From Tetragenococcus sp. (GTDB taxonomy: Bacteria; Bacillota; Bacilli; Lactobacillales; Enterococcaceae): a DNA stretch of 64,000 nucleotides. The notes below the pieces were generated by a model. That model was not told the origin of the DNA and searched no databases. It saw only the letters and a program-made list of their open reading frames with translations. The translations under genes and the position numbers were made by a program. Numbering within the stretch: position 1 is the stretch's first letter; every line of letters begins with the position of its first letter. The stretch spans positions 1,746-65,745 of the forward strand of contig JBFLGC010000008.1 in the NCBI GenBank assembly GCA_041859945.1, read 5' to 3'. Below, piece by piece: positions 49,826 to 59,882 of this stretch.

Positions 49826-50728
49826 TTAAGCAAATGTCCCATTTTCCACATCAGCCAAGAAAGTCATCAAATGCTCGAAGTAAACTGGCGCATTATCGAC
49901 CATGTGATGATGGCCTCCATTTGGCGTTGTCACAAAACGCGCGTGGGGAATGGTTTCAGCCATGCGACGGCCTGCCGCTAGCGGCATCGATTCGTGTTCG
50001 CCAAATGTGATCAAAGTTGGGATTTGGATCCGATGCAAATCGTTGCGCCGATCCCAACCTGCTAATTTTCCGGTCACGACAAATTCGTTATCACCTTGGA
50101 AATAATTATAGACTTGCGTGCCCATTGTCGGGACTAAATGACTGATAGCCGGTGGTTGTTTACGATCGATGTAGTCACGATTCAAACGGTCGATCAACTC
50201 TTCATAACGTTCGTTAAAATCATTTTTAGCTTCACATTCTTTCAAGAAAGCTAATTCGTCGGCTGTAAATTCTTTTTCGCGAATGGCGTTGATACTGTCG
50301 ACATATTCATCAATATTATCCGTCATCGAGGAAATGATGATGCCCTTCAAATGGTCGGGATACTTCAAGGCATACTCTTGTACCAAAGCACCACCCCAAG
50401 ATTGACCGATCAAATAAAAGTCGTCTAAGCCTAGCTTTTGTCGCACTTCTTCCACTTCATCCACAAAATAGTTCATAGTCAAAAAGCGTGCCACATTTTC
50501 CGGATCCGAGAAATCAGGTTGATCTGAATACCACGAACCTAATTGGTCATACATCGAAACCTGTACATTCAATTCACTCAATTTTTGGGCAAAGTTTTCA
50601 TAATATTCGTGGTTACCACCAGGGCCACCATGTAGGCATAAAAGCTGAATGTCGCCACCGACATTGTCGGTGTGTGTCCAAAGATGATAGCCATTTTCTA
50701 AAGTGATGATCGTTGTTCCTTCACGCAT
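49826..50728 (-). CDS. pip: proline iminopeptidase (S33 alpha/beta hydrolase)
   Basis: 300 aa. Contains LHGGPGG and the GQSWGG nucleophile elbow. Confidence 0.75.
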   Translation of the reverse strand: MREGTTIITLENGYHLWTHTDNVGGDIQLLCLHGGPGGNHEYYENFAQKLSELNVQVSMYDQLGSWYSDQPDFSDPENVARFLTMNYFVDEVEEVRQKLGLDDFYLIGQSWGGALVQEYALKYPDHLKGIIISSMTDNIDEYVDSINAIREKEFTADELAFLKECEAKNDFNERYEELIDRLNRDYIDRKQPPAISHLVPTMGTQVYNYFQGDNEFVVTGKLAGWDRRNDLHRIQIPTLITFGEHESMPLAAGRRMAETIPHARFVTTPNGGHHHMVDNAPVYFEHLMTFLADVENGTFA

Positions 50729-50782
50729 GATTCCACCTAGTTTCCATAAATTTATTTACTCCTTCATCTTACCACTTCTCAC

Positions 50783-50977
50783 TTACTTTTCCCATTGACT
50801 GGGTGACCAAAGTTCGCCATCAAGCCGTCCTTGAATCTGATCTTTACGCTTGGCTTGCTCTTGCAATAACTCTTTTAACCCCAGATAAAAGGCGCGCTCT
50901 TTATAATCGTTACTAGCTTGAAATAAACGGTCCAACTCCATTTGGGCCCAAACTATTTTTTCATCCAATTTTTTCAC
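50783..50977 (-). CDS. small hypothetical protein (64 aa), co-transcribed with the oxidoreductase
   Basis: Lies 3 nt downstream of the oxidoreductase stop. No recognisable domain. Confidence 0.35.
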   Translation of the reverse strand: MKKLDEKIVWAQMELDRLFQASNDYKERAFYLGLKELLQEQAKRKDQIQGRLDGELWSPSQWEK

Positions 50978-50980
50978 CTC

Positions 50981-51664
50981 TCACAAGTCGCCATCCAGAT
51001 ACGCTTGGATCTCATCGATATCTTCGCGCGCTTCTGCGATCATGTCCCTGATTTGTTCCAATACAAAGCGGTCCTCTTGAGATACTTTTAGTTCTGGCAA
51101 TCTTTGCCGATACCACTTTTCTTTGGATTTCAAGGAGTCAAAATCAGCCATGGTCAGGTATTGTTGGTAAGCCGTCAGTAAACGCATTTTTTCGATTTCT
51201 TCCAGATAATGAAATTGAAAAATCAAGAACGGTTTTAAAAAGCGCATCTGAGTCTTTTTAGCCATCGCTTGAAAGGGCGTCGTCAGTGCACTGATGGTAA
51301 AACCCTCACGACCTGAAACTTGATATTCTTTTTCAGGCGCACCGATCACCAGAACCAAGCCCAATTCTTTGTTTTTGAGTTTGTCCCCACGCGCTCCGAA
51401 GGCAAAATGTTCTGTCAATACTTGATCTTGCCAAACTTTTAATAAAGCCGGTGCCGCGTACCAATAAAAAGGAAATTGCAAAACGATGCGCTCATGCTGG
51501 CGCAGGAGGTTTTGTTCAGCCTTGACATCGATCTTGCCATCTGGATAACAAGTCTCCAAATGATGAACCGTCACTTGATCTGTTGGCGGTAACGAATCTT
51601 TTAAATATTGCTGGCTAGCTGAGCTCAAAATATCAGGATGCGAAATAATAAGTAGTGTTTTCAT
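50981..51664 (-). CDS. flavodoxin-like NAD(P)H oxidoreductase (KefF/MdaB/YwrO family)
   Basis: Start at MKTLLIISHP with an AAGGAG ribosome-binding site. ..QFPFYWYAAPALLKVWQDQV.. matches the Flavodoxin_2 family signature. Confidence 0.65.
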   Translation of the reverse strand: MKTLLIISHPDILSSASQQYLKDSLPPTDQVTVHHLETCYPDGKIDVKAEQNLLRQHERIVLQFPFYWYAAPALLKVWQDQVLTEHFAFGARGDKLKNKELGLVLVIGAPEKEYQVSGREGFTISALTTPFQAMAKKTQMRFLKPFLIFQFHYLEEIEKMRLLTAYQQYLTMADFDSLKSKEKWYRQRLPELKVSQEDRFVLEQIRDMIAEAREDIDEIQAYLDGDL

Positions 51665-51724
51665 GACGAACTCCTTGTGATTTGCTACTCTCATCTTAAC
51701 GAACAGCGCCTTATTTGCAAAGAA

Positions 51725-51756
51725 AAACGGCTTAATCGAAACCAATCAAACCGTTT
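51725..51756. terminator. bidirectional terminator
   Basis: AAACGG cttaatcgaaaccaatcaa ACCGTTT followed by a T-run. Confidence 0.5.
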
Positions 51757-51785
51757 TTATAATATTTGAAAAAATAATTATTAAC

Positions 51786-52316
51786 TTAAACTATGTCTAA
51801 CCATAAATCTTTAAGTCGCTTTACATGACCGTCGACATCAAATGAGAGTAAACTCAGTCCAATATAATTTGAGCTAAGCGTATAGAAATTCTGTGCCAAA
51901 TAGTCTAGAGCTAAGTTATGAGCAACGCTTGAAAGATGATTAGTGACCGTTACATGTGGATAATAAGTAAAATTACTATTATCGGTCCAACTTTCTATCC
52001 TATTAAGATAATCCATTCGATAATTAAAAAATTCATTCGAAAAAGTTGGTTTTAAAAAAATAGCTTTGCCAACACCAAAACTATTATAAGCAGTTATTCT
52101 TAATGGTAAGATAGGAAATTCTTGATAAACTTTCTCAAAGTCTTCCTTAACTTTCTGTTCAAGGTCTTTCGTATCGAATGAATAAAAAGTAATATGTGGA
52201 AACTTGTCTTCTTCAAGATGATAGTTGGAAATTTCTTGTTTTTCTAAGGTTCTCCAAAAATCTTGTACCATTTCTTTGAGATGTTTTTCTGGCAACAAAA
52301 CTATTGCATAGCTCAT
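51786..52316 (-). CDS. 2H phosphoesterase superfamily protein (LigT/cyclic phosphodiesterase-like)
   Basis: Two H-x-T/S-x motifs (PHITFY and PHVTVT). Confidence 0.5.
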   Translation of the reverse strand: MSYAIVLLPEKHLKEMVQDFWRTLEKQEISNYHLEEDKFPHITFYSFDTKDLEQKVKEDFEKVYQEFPILPLRITAYNSFGVGKAIFLKPTFSNEFFNYRMDYLNRIESWTDNSNFTYYPHVTVTNHLSSVAHNLALDYLAQNFYTLSSNYIGLSLLSFDVDGHVKRLKDLWLDIV

Positions 52317-52375
52317 TATATTTTCTCACTTTCATGCAAATTAAATCCTGATTTAACTAAAAGTTCAAGCCTTTT

Positions 52376-53329
52376 TTATTCAACTTCACTCAAAATCGCA
52401 CGCACTTCATCGATCGACTTGGTTCCCATTAAACGCACCCGTAATTCACTGGCGCCAGGAAAGCCTTTGACATAGATTTTAAAGAAGCGATGCAAGCCCG
52501 CAATTGCGCGAGGCACCCTATCAGCATAGTGATCTTGCAGGTCCAATTGTAATTTTAGTAAATCTAATAACTCTTTGGTCGAGTGTTCTTGTGGCTCTTT
52601 TTCAAAAGCATAGGGATTTTTGAAGACACCCCGCGCGATCATGATCCCGTCGACCCCATATTCGTCGACCAAACGTAAACCTGCTGTTCTATCCGCAATA
52701 TCGCCATTTATCGTGAGCAAAGTTTGCGGGGCGATCTTATCGCGTAGCGCCATGATTTCAGGAATCACTTCATAGTGAGCCGGAACTTTACTCATTTCTT
52801 TACGTGTCCGTAAGTGCACCGTCAAATTGGCGATGTCTTGTGCTAATAAATGACTGATCCAGGGCACCATTTCGTCTTTTTTCGTGTAACCGATCCGCGT
52901 CTTGACACTGACCGGGATCCCACCTGCTTTAGCAGCGGCAATCAATTCAGTTGCTACTTCCGGTCGCTTGATCAAGCCACTACCTTTCCCATTGCCAGCC
53001 ACATTGGGAACCGGACAGCCCATATTGATATCAACGCCCGCAAAACCCATGTCGGCCATGCCGATACTCATTTGGCGGAAAAATTCCGGCTTGTCGCCCC
53101 AAATATGCGCCACAATTGGTTGTTCATCTTCGGTAAAATATAAGCGGCCAGAGACACTTTGTCGCCCGTCTGGATGACAATAACTATCCGAATTCGTAAA
53201 TTCGGTAAAGAAAACATCCGGTGCTCCGGCTGCTTGTATCACATGGCGAAAGACGACATCGGTTACGTCTTCCATCGGTGCCAGTATAAAAAAGGGCTTC
53301 GGTAAGTCTGCCCAAAAATTTTGGTTCAT
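52376..53329 (-). CDS. dus: tRNA-dihydrouridine synthase
   Basis: Start at [24 protein letters not shown] with a GGGAAGGAA ribosome-binding site. TIM-barrel flavoenzyme with the INMGCP motif. Confidence 0.85.
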   Translation of the reverse strand: MNQNFWADLPKPFFILAPMEDVTDVVFRHVIQAAGAPDVFFTEFTNSDSYCHPDGRQSVSGRLYFTEDEQPIVAHIWGDKPEFFRQMSIGMADMGFAGVDINMGCPVPNVAGNGKGSGLIKRPEVATELIAAAKAGGIPVSVKTRIGYTKKDEMVPWISHLLAQDIANLTVHLRTRKEMSKVPAHYEVIPEIMALRDKIAPQTLLTINGDIADRTAGLRLVDEYGVDGIMIARGVFKNPYAFEKEPQEHSTKELLDLLKLQLDLQDHYADRVPRAIAGLHRFFKIYVKGFPGASELRVRLMGTKSIDEVRAILSEVE

Positions 53330-53636
53330 TTGATTCCTTCCCTTCATTCCACAAAAGTTTCTGATTCATTATACTAGGAAACAAGCAAAGAAGCAAAAAC
53401 CGTGAATTTGGAGCCTGCAGTTTACGAGCTAAATTCGCTAAAATAAATCTATGGTTGTTGAAATTGGAAAGTAACAACCATAGAGGCTTTCCTCTTGTAA
53501 GCAAAATTAAAGTGATTCAAAATTCATTATTTTATCTCTCTATTCATCTAGCAAACAAGTGTTCTAAGTTGTATAATAAACTCACAAGAAGTTTTGAGGG
53601 CGGTGGCTGTCACTTTTCTCTAAGGAGATGATTTCT

Positions 53637-53672
53637 ATGAGACCATGGAAAAATCTTAAGAATGAAAAATAG
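53637..53672 (+). CDS. 11-aa micro-ORF (MRPWKNLKNEK) with a strong RBS, a possible leader peptide
   Basis: taAGGAGatgatttctATG, ending at TAG. Confidence 0.3.
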   Translation: MRPWKNLKNEK

Positions 53673-53675
53673 CAC

Positions 53676-53759
53676 GTGAGCGTATTTGAAGCTCTGTCAC
53701 TGATGATTGCCTTTGGTGCATTAGTGGCTACGATTTTGTCCAATAAAAAGGACAAATAA
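53676..53759 (+). CDS. 27-aa hydrophobic peptide (MSVFEALSLMIAFGALVATILSNKKDK), holin-like / type I toxin-like
   Basis: Starts at GTG 3 nt after the micro-ORF stop. Single predicted TM helix with a basic C-terminal tail. The promoter-like TTGTATAAT near 53570 and a terminator at 53840-53873 delimit a transcript of about 300 nt. Confidence 0.35.
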   Translation: MSVFEALSLMIAFGALVATILSNKKDK

Positions 53760-53838
53760 AAAAGCCGCCCCGTTTTTAACTTTGACCAGTTAACGGGACG
53801 CCTTTATGGTAAACGTTTCTTGTCACCGCCTTTAAAGC

Positions 53839-53873
53839 GGCTTGTCAGGGACCATGCTTGGCATGGTTCCTTT
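53839..53873 (+). terminator. rho-independent terminator of the small-peptide transcript
   Basis: GGGACCATGC ttg GCATGGTTCC followed by TTTT. Confidence 0.6.
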
Positions 53874-54025
53874 TGCTATCTTTAGTGTAACCGATTCTTT
53901 GAAAAGTTGCAAATTTTTCTAGTCACTTTTCTCGCAATCATCAATAAACGTGTAGCTACCACCGTCGTTTTTGAACGAAGATGAACACCGATGTTAATAG
54001 TGATACTCAAATCTACATATAAATT

Positions 54026-54178
54026 TTACTCACAAGAAAAATTTTCCTTATCATCTGCTTGTATGATCTGATTTTTTAAACCGTTGTCGGTCGTCACCTC
54101 ATGATTCATTTTGTCTGTACATCCGGACAAAGAGCTGGCACACAAGCTTAAACTCACCAAACAAATAAAACGTTTTAT
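54026..54178 (-). CDS. small lipoprotein-like ORF (50 aa) with a non-canonical ATA at the expected start position
   Basis: AGGAG, 9 nt, then ATA AAA CGT.., encoding (I/M)KRFICLVSLSLCASSLSGC TDK.., a textbook lipoprotein signal peptide with an LSGC lipobox. Same frame as the upstream gene after TAA..TAG. Confidence 0.3.
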   Translation of the reverse strand: MKRFICLVSLSLCASSLSGCTDKMNHEVTTDNGLKNQIIQADDKENFSCE

Positions 54179-54196
54179 GGAAAAATACTCCTATTT

Positions 54197-54556
54197 TTAG
54201 TTGAACAGACTTCCCGTTTCTTCATTTTCTGATACGATGACTGATTTGTCAGCGCCTAAGGATACAGTAATATTAACATCGGCTCCGCTCTCTGAGATCC
54301 CACTGACACTCACTTGTCTATCATCGATGATGACAGTAAAGCTTCCATCATATATCGGTGAACTTTGGAAGCCATTGAATTCAACGTGTTTGGCTTCAAT
54401 TTCTCGTGGTGATTCTGCCTTTCGAGCTGTCGAATCGATGACCTGTACATTTCCTGGCGCTGGAACATTACTATTGATTTTACTGGCAATCATGATACTG
54501 ACTCCCAGAAAAACGGCAGCAATCACAATGGCAATGGCTTCTTTGGTTGGTTTCAT
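54197..54556 (-). CDS. hypothetical membrane-anchored or exported protein (119 aa)
   Basis: The N-terminus MKPTKEAIAIVIAAVFLGVSIMIA is a signal anchor. Ser/Val-rich extracytoplasmic part. Confidence 0.5.
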   Translation of the reverse strand: MKPTKEAIAIVIAAVFLGVSIMIASKINSNVPAPGNVQVIDSTARKAESPREIEAKHVEFNGFQSSPIYDGSFTVIIDDRQVSVSGISESGADVNITVSLGADKSVIVSENEETGSLFN

Positions 54557-54706
54557 TTAGATTCTCTCCTTTTCATAACGAGTATTTCAATTTAATTATA
54601 CCGTTTTCAAATAAATAAAATCAACTATTTTTCAGGAGCAACAAATTGTTTCAGATAGATAGGATATGGTAAGATGAATGCAATTCATTCAGAAAAGGAG
54701 CCTATC

Positions 54707-55249
54707 ATGTCTAATCCACTCATTTATTTTGCCCAACATCCGATCTTTGAAACCAAACGTCTGATTCTAAGGCCTCTCCAACTGACCGATCTGGAGGACT
54801 ATTACGAATACGTGTCAGATGATGTGCTTTTAAATTATGATTTTCCAGCTTCAGAGACTAAAGAAGAGGCCTTAGAAGGTCTGGTCGTCTACAATCTCGC
54901 CCAACCTTTGGGAAGATATGCACTAGAGTTAAAAACAACAGGCAAAATGATTGGCCATTTCTCACTACGACTTGATGTGTTACACACAAATATAGAAATC
55001 GGTTATGTCGTCAATCGGCTTTTCCACAACCAAGGACTCGCTAGTGAAGCGCTGACTGCTTTGATAGACTTTATCGACACGATCCCCACCATAGAAAAAA
55101 GCTTGGCCACAGTCGACCATCAAAATGTAGCAAGCCATAAGCTTCTACTTAAAGCAGGTTTCGTTCAGGTGGCGACTGACGACCAAGCAGAGTCTTTGCG
55201 TGGCTTTTCCACGATCAATTTCTTATTTGAACGAAAGAAAAAGCTTTGA
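54707..55249 (+). CDS. GNAT-family N-acetyltransferase (RimJ/RimL-like)
   Basis: Start at MSNPLIYF with an AAAGGAG ribosome-binding site. LILRPLQLTD.. and the acetyl-CoA motif HNQGLASEALTAL. Confidence 0.75.
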   Translation: MSNPLIYFAQHPIFETKRLILRPLQLTDLEDYYEYVSDDVLLNYDFPASETKEEALEGLVVYNLAQPLGRYALELKTTGKMIGHFSLRLDVLHTNIEIGYVVNRLFHNQGLASEALTALIDFIDTIPTIEKSLATVDHQNVASHKLLLKAGFVQVATDDQAESLRGFSTINFLFERKKKL

Positions 55250-55260
55250 TCCGTAACAGA

Positions 55261-56448
55261 TCAGAGCTTTTTGTCCACTCTATGATACAAAATCACACCT
55301 ATGACCATCAACACAATAGCAACACTAATGGCCGCCATGCCAGCAAAAATACCAAAGTGTGCCGAAAGTAGACCGGTCACAAAGGGCATGGCGATCCCGC
55401 CCAGGCCCCCAATGATCAAAAGCCAGCCCAGTGCCAGTGGATATTTACTGATAGATGGACCTGCGATCGTTAGCGCACTCGGATAGATTCCGCCCATAAA
55501 GGCGCCCAAACCTAAGATAGCGGCAATAATGACCGGATAACTGGTTGTTGAAAGCAACAAGAGATAAAAGAAAGTCGTGCCGATCGTTAAAATCAAAAGG
55601 AGTTGGCTTCGTTTCAACCGGTCGCCATAAATTCCGCAGAGCAGACGCCCAACCAAAATCGCCAGCCATAATAAGGACGCGATCAACTGACTTTGACCAA
55701 TACTCAAAATATGGGCATCTAATAAATAGGTCACCAACCAACTACTGACAGCTGCTTCCACACACAAATAGAAAAACAAGATCATGACCGTGATCCAAAA
55801 ATAGCGATCTTTCAAAAAAAGATAACTCGCCCTTGAGTTATTTACTTCTGGCGTACTAAAATCGTCTTCTAGCGGTACTTTAGCTAATAGGACTTGGGAA
55901 CATGCGGCTAATAACAAAATGATCAAACAACTGATTTGCCAACCACTATCGCCAAAGACAATCGCTGCAGTCATCACCAAAACAGGAGCTAACAAAGCAC
56001 CAATCGCAAACAAGCCGTGTAATAAATTAAGGGCTGCCGGACTACTATCGGTCACATCATTAACAATTTGATTGTCAAAATTAGAAATACTACCACGGCT
56101 GATTCCGATCGCAAAAAAAGCGATCATTAACAGGGTCGGTTGTCCTGTAATGATGATTGTTACAAAACCTAGTAAAACAAAACTGCTCAAAAAAAGATTG
56201 GCTCGTTTTCTTCCTAGATAGATAGGTAAGATCCCAGCGATGAAGCTAGCGATCAAATTACCAGCTTGATGGACCGAAATGAGAAGGCCACTCAGCGTAT
56301 CACTTAACTGGTAGGCCGCACTCAAATAAGGGAGCAAGGAGCCAAAGACCATAGCATAAACGCCGCTGACAAAGAAAGTGAAGAAACTACTTTTGAGTAA
56401 AAATCGCTCCTGCTGATTTAAACCACTGTAAAATGACTGCTTTTCCAT
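55261..56448 (-). CDS. MFS transporter
   Basis: 395 aa with 12 predicted TM helices. GRKRANL-type motif between TM2 and TM3. Confidence 0.8.
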   Translation of the reverse strand: MEKQSFYSGLNQQERFLLKSSFFTFFVSGVYAMVFGSLLPYLSAAYQLSDTLSGLLISVHQAGNLIASFIAGILPIYLGRKRANLFLSSFVLLGFVTIIITGQPTLLMIAFFAIGISRGSISNFDNQIVNDVTDSSPAALNLLHGLFAIGALLAPVLVMTAAIVFGDSGWQISCLIILLLAACSQVLLAKVPLEDDFSTPEVNNSRASYLFLKDRYFWITVMILFFYLCVEAAVSSWLVTYLLDAHILSIGQSQLIASLLWLAILVGRLLCGIYGDRLKRSQLLLILTIGTTFFYLLLLSTTSYPVIIAAILGLGAFMGGIYPSALTIAGPSISKYPLALGWLLIIGGLGGIAMPFVTGLLSAHFGIFAGMAAISVAIVLMVIGVILYHRVDKKL

Positions 56449-56520
56449 TAAAAAATAAACCCCTTTACAATTGCAATACCTTCATCATACAGAGGAATGA
56501 TAAAAAACTCAAGCTGGTTT

Positions 56521-57459
56521 TTAGTTTTGCACCACCCGCCGAGCTCCGTCATAAGCCGCGCCGATCATACCAGCCCGATCAGACAACTCAGCCACGACAA
56601 TTTGACAAGCCTCGCGCGAAATTTGCAGACTATGTTGGGCAACTATTTCTCTGGCCGGGCCCAATAGTCGTTCACCAGCTTTACTCAATCCTCCACCGAT
56701 GATCAGCATTTCTGGATTGTATAGATTAATGATGTTCCCTAGACCAAAGCCTAAAATCTCACCGGTCTCTTGGAAAACTTTCTGAGCCAACACATCGCCT
56801 TTATCATACGCTTTAGAAATAAGTTGTGTCGTCAAATTTGTTGTCTGTGCCAATACGCTCTCTGGATGATCGGCCATTTTTTCTTGCGCTGTGATCAACA
56901 TGCCTGTCGCTGAAACATAACGACTCCAGCAACCTGAACTACCACAACGACACGGGCGCCCCTTGCGATACATGTTCATATGGCCGACTTCACCAGCACT
57001 ATCTGTTTTTCCATATAGCACGTGCCCATCCACGACAACCCCTGAACCCACTCCCGTGCCTAACGTGATCAATACTACATTTTGCTTATTTTGACCCGCG
57101 CCAAAATGCCACTCACCATACAAATTGACGCGCACGTCATTATCGATAAAGGTTGGTATTCCAAACTTTCCCTCAATCAACTGAACCACCGGAACATCCT
57201 CCCAATTCCAAAAATTAGGCGAAAACCTTGAAATACCTTGTTCTCTAGCAAGTAATCCTGGCACTCCGATCCCGATCGATTGAACTTTTTGATCGGCCTT
57301 TTCCAAAAGCTGAGCAATTAATTGATACATTTGCGCCATCACACGTGATGCACCTTCTTTAGCACAACTAGGCAACACGATCGTATCGATCCAATCAAAT
57401 TTTCCTGAAAACAAACTTCCCTTTAAATTCGTTCCTCCTAAATCAATGCCGATATACAT
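56521..57459 (-). CDS. glcK: ROK-family glucokinase
   Basis: Start at MYIGIDLGGTNLKG with a GGAGAGAAAG ribosome-binding site. Zinc motif CRCGSSGC. Confidence 0.75.
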   Translation of the reverse strand: MYIGIDLGGTNLKGSLFSGKFDWIDTIVLPSCAKEGASRVMAQMYQLIAQLLEKADQKVQSIGIGVPGLLAREQGISRFSPNFWNWEDVPVVQLIEGKFGIPTFIDNDVRVNLYGEWHFGAGQNKQNVVLITLGTGVGSGVVVDGHVLYGKTDSAGEVGHMNMYRKGRPCRCGSSGCWSRYVSATGMLITAQEKMADHPESVLAQTTNLTTQLISKAYDKGDVLAQKVFQETGEILGFGLGNIINLYNPEMLIIGGGLSKAGERLLGPAREIVAQHSLQISREACQIVVAELSDRAGMIGAAYDGARRVVQN

Positions 57460-57472
57460 CTTTCTCTCCAAT

Positions 57473-57973
57473 CTATAACGTATTTAAATATCCTTTTAAT
57501 CGGTCAACTTGTGACAGAATAGCCTGATCCGAGTTCATGAAGGCCTTGAAATCTTGAGCTTTTAGCCACCGAAAAGCACAGGTCTCACCAGCTTGCAATC
57601 GGATGTCTCGTTTTGCTTGGTCTGTTATGCACAAAAATTGAACATAGATCGTATTTTTGTCAACTGTCCGGAACAATTCGGTCATAGCTTGCGGTGCTGT
57701 GATCCCGGTCTCTTCTTGCAGCTCACGAGTTGCGGCCGCAATCGCTGATTCCCCTTGTAAGGCACTCCCACCAGCAGATGCCTCGAATTTCCCTGCTTCC
57801 ATCTTTTTCTTTAATGATCGTTGCATCAAAAGATAACTACCATCTGTATGTCGGACCAATACCTCAGCCACCAGATGATAGCAACCTTGCGGGATCGGCT
57901 GATCACGGACCAAATAGCCCGGCAATTTATCCCCAGACTGGTCATAGGCATCCCATTGTTCCATTTCTTTCAC
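57473..57973 (-). CDS. NUDIX hydrolase
   Basis: Nudix box GGSALQGESAIAAATRELQEETGI. Confidence 0.75.
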   Translation of the reverse strand: MKEMEQWDAYDQSGDKLPGYLVRDQPIPQGCYHLVAEVLVRHTDGSYLLMQRSLKKKMEAGKFEASAGGSALQGESAIAAATRELQEETGITAPQAMTELFRTVDKNTIYVQFLCITDQAKRDIRLQAGETCAFRWLKAQDFKAFMNSDQAILSQVDRLKGYLNTL

Positions 57974-58758
57974 CTCACCTGACTCTTACTTACAAAATAG
58001 TCCATGTTGTGTCTGTCAAAACCACTATATCTGTGTGTTTGGGTATCATAGACCAATAAGGGGATCCTGCCGCTTTTTTCGACGGTCCCGTCAATGAAAT
58101 AATGATTTTCTCCATCCCAATAGACTTTTCCCAAAAAATCGATATCATTCGCCACTTCCGCCGCAGAAATATGTCCGGAGATGATATCTTTATGAAACCG
58201 TCCCGTTTCAGCTGGATATTTCCAAAGAAATTCATGATCAGAAGTTGCTGTTGCCCACATCGTTTCATCCTCAAAAATCCCAGCATGCACAAAAATCTGT
58301 GTTGCTGTTTCATAATAAAGGGGTCGTTGCTGTGCTATCTTCTTGAACCACCAGATCAGCTCCTGATGCTTTTGTTGAATCGTTTCTGAAAAAAAACAGC
58401 TTATTTCTATTGGATTTGTCTCTAACTCGGTCAAAATTTGATCAAAATTTGTATCAGAAAAAAAGCTACGGATCGTTTTGATTTTTCGTTCCATATAATC
58501 TAATGAACTCCATGGGTTTTCCAGCCAGTCTAAAAACATCTGATCATGATTGCCGACCAAGACGATGATTTGATCTGGATAGGCTATCGCCAACTCCATG
58601 ACTTTATAAAGAACTTGGCAACTTTTCTCACCACGATCCACATAGTCTCCTAAAAAAAGAAGCTTGTTTTCTCGATCTGTTAAATCAACTAACTCAAGTG
58701 TGGTCATCATTTCTTCATAAAAGCCATGAATATCACTCAAGGCAACTATTTTTGACAT
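57970..58758 (-). CDS. metallophosphoesterase (calcineurin-like, PrpE/ApaH-type)
   Basis: ALSDIHG..GDYVDRG..GNHD motifs. Confidence 0.7.
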   Translation of the reverse strand: MSKIVALSDIHGFYEEMMTTLELVDLTDRENKLLFLGDYVDRGEKSCQVLYKVMELAIAYPDQIIVLVGNHDQMFLDWLENPWSSLDYMERKIKTIRSFFSDTNFDQILTELETNPIEISCFFSETIQQKHQELIWWFKKIAQQRPLYYETATQIFVHAGIFEDETMWATATSDHEFLWKYPAETGRFHKDIISGHISAAEVANDIDFLGKVYWDGENHYFIDGTVEKSGRIPLLVYDTQTHRYSGFDRHNMDYFVSKSQVR

Positions 58759-59287
58759 CCGTTCATCTCCTTATTTTATCCAGTATTTCACAGAGCATAT
58801 TCTAAGTCAACAAAGAAAAATCACTTTCTATTTAAGAAAGTGACGAAAATGGCTCCTCTATTACTAAAATCGGATCATAGGTTACTAAAGCTGAGGTGAT
58901 AAAACTAATATTACTTTGGTCGGTTTTGAACTTGATCGATTGTAAAAATCGAAAGGCTTCTTCAGAAATTTTTATTGGTCGCGTTTCTAAATGTCCAAAA
59001 TTACGGATATCTTCGGCGCAGTGGGCTCATGGAATGACATTCCGCCCTATCAAGCTCAAGAACGCGGATTAACTAAAGCGTATGAGCTCCTTTCAGATGG
59101 ATTGTTGAAACAGATCAACTTAGCGGTATTTTTTGTGGTAAATGAATGGTAAAGCCATTAAAAATAGTGTATTACCAACTGCTTTTTTGTTTTTCGGTTA
59201 AGGCCATATTTATTAATAAGTTTAAAAATGCCTTTTTATCTGAATTTACTTTAATGTAATAGATGAACATCATACCATAAGCCAAAA

Positions 59288-59830
59288 TTAAAAAAATACT
59301 GTTATCACATTACTGAGATTCTGAAAAAAATACTTGTAGCTAACTTCATTTAGACCTAATAAACCAATGCATGATATAGCCAAAGTTAGTGTAGGGGTTA
59401 TTGAACGTCCCTTATTTAAATGATATTGTAATTCCCAAATCGTCTGATCAAGACCATTTTCATTAAATTCAGCGTATGTTTCACGAATCTTTGTTAAAAA
59501 TTGTCTATTTGGGCTCTTGTAGTAACCTTCAGAGATAGAATAGATAAGCGTCTTAGGATACTCTTTTTCTTTCAAATTAAATCCGCAATCTTTATTTTTC
59601 AACCATTTGTTTACTCTCCTAGTTTCCGATACCATGTCCATCATCATAGGAATAAGTGTTACGATAGAAGTAGATATCGTAAAAAATATTGAAATAATCG
59701 ACTGTAAAACCACATGCCCCTTAGAAATAAAAAGCAAAATAGCATAGATACAAGAAAAAATAATTTGTGCCAAGAAAATTCTAGAATACCTGAGTGTCTC
59801 ATCTTTTGAGAAAAAAAATTTATTAAACAT
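59288..59830 (-). CDS. hypothetical membrane protein in an AT-rich islet
   Basis: 180 aa with N- and C-terminal TM segments. The surrounding sequence has GC content well below the window average. Confidence 0.45.
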   Translation of the reverse strand: MFNKFFFSKDETLRYSRIFLAQIIFSCIYAILLFISKGHVVLQSIISIFFTISTSIVTLIPMMMDMVSETRRVNKWLKNKDCGFNLKEKEYPKTLIYSISEGYYKSPNRQFLTKIRETYAEFNENGLDQTIWELQYHLNKGRSITPTLTLAISCIGLLGLNEVSYKYFFQNLSNVITVFF

Positions 59831-59882
59831 ATCGTTATTCCTTCATCTTTCCAAAATATAATACTACTACATTTCCATCCGC

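Noticed and set aside
53184-53504. 106-aa minus-strand ORF overlapping the dus start and the upstream intergenic region
   Set aside because: It overlaps dus in another frame, has no RBS and gives a Leu/Arg-rich translation typical of a spurious ORF. The intergenic signals of interest are on the plus strand.
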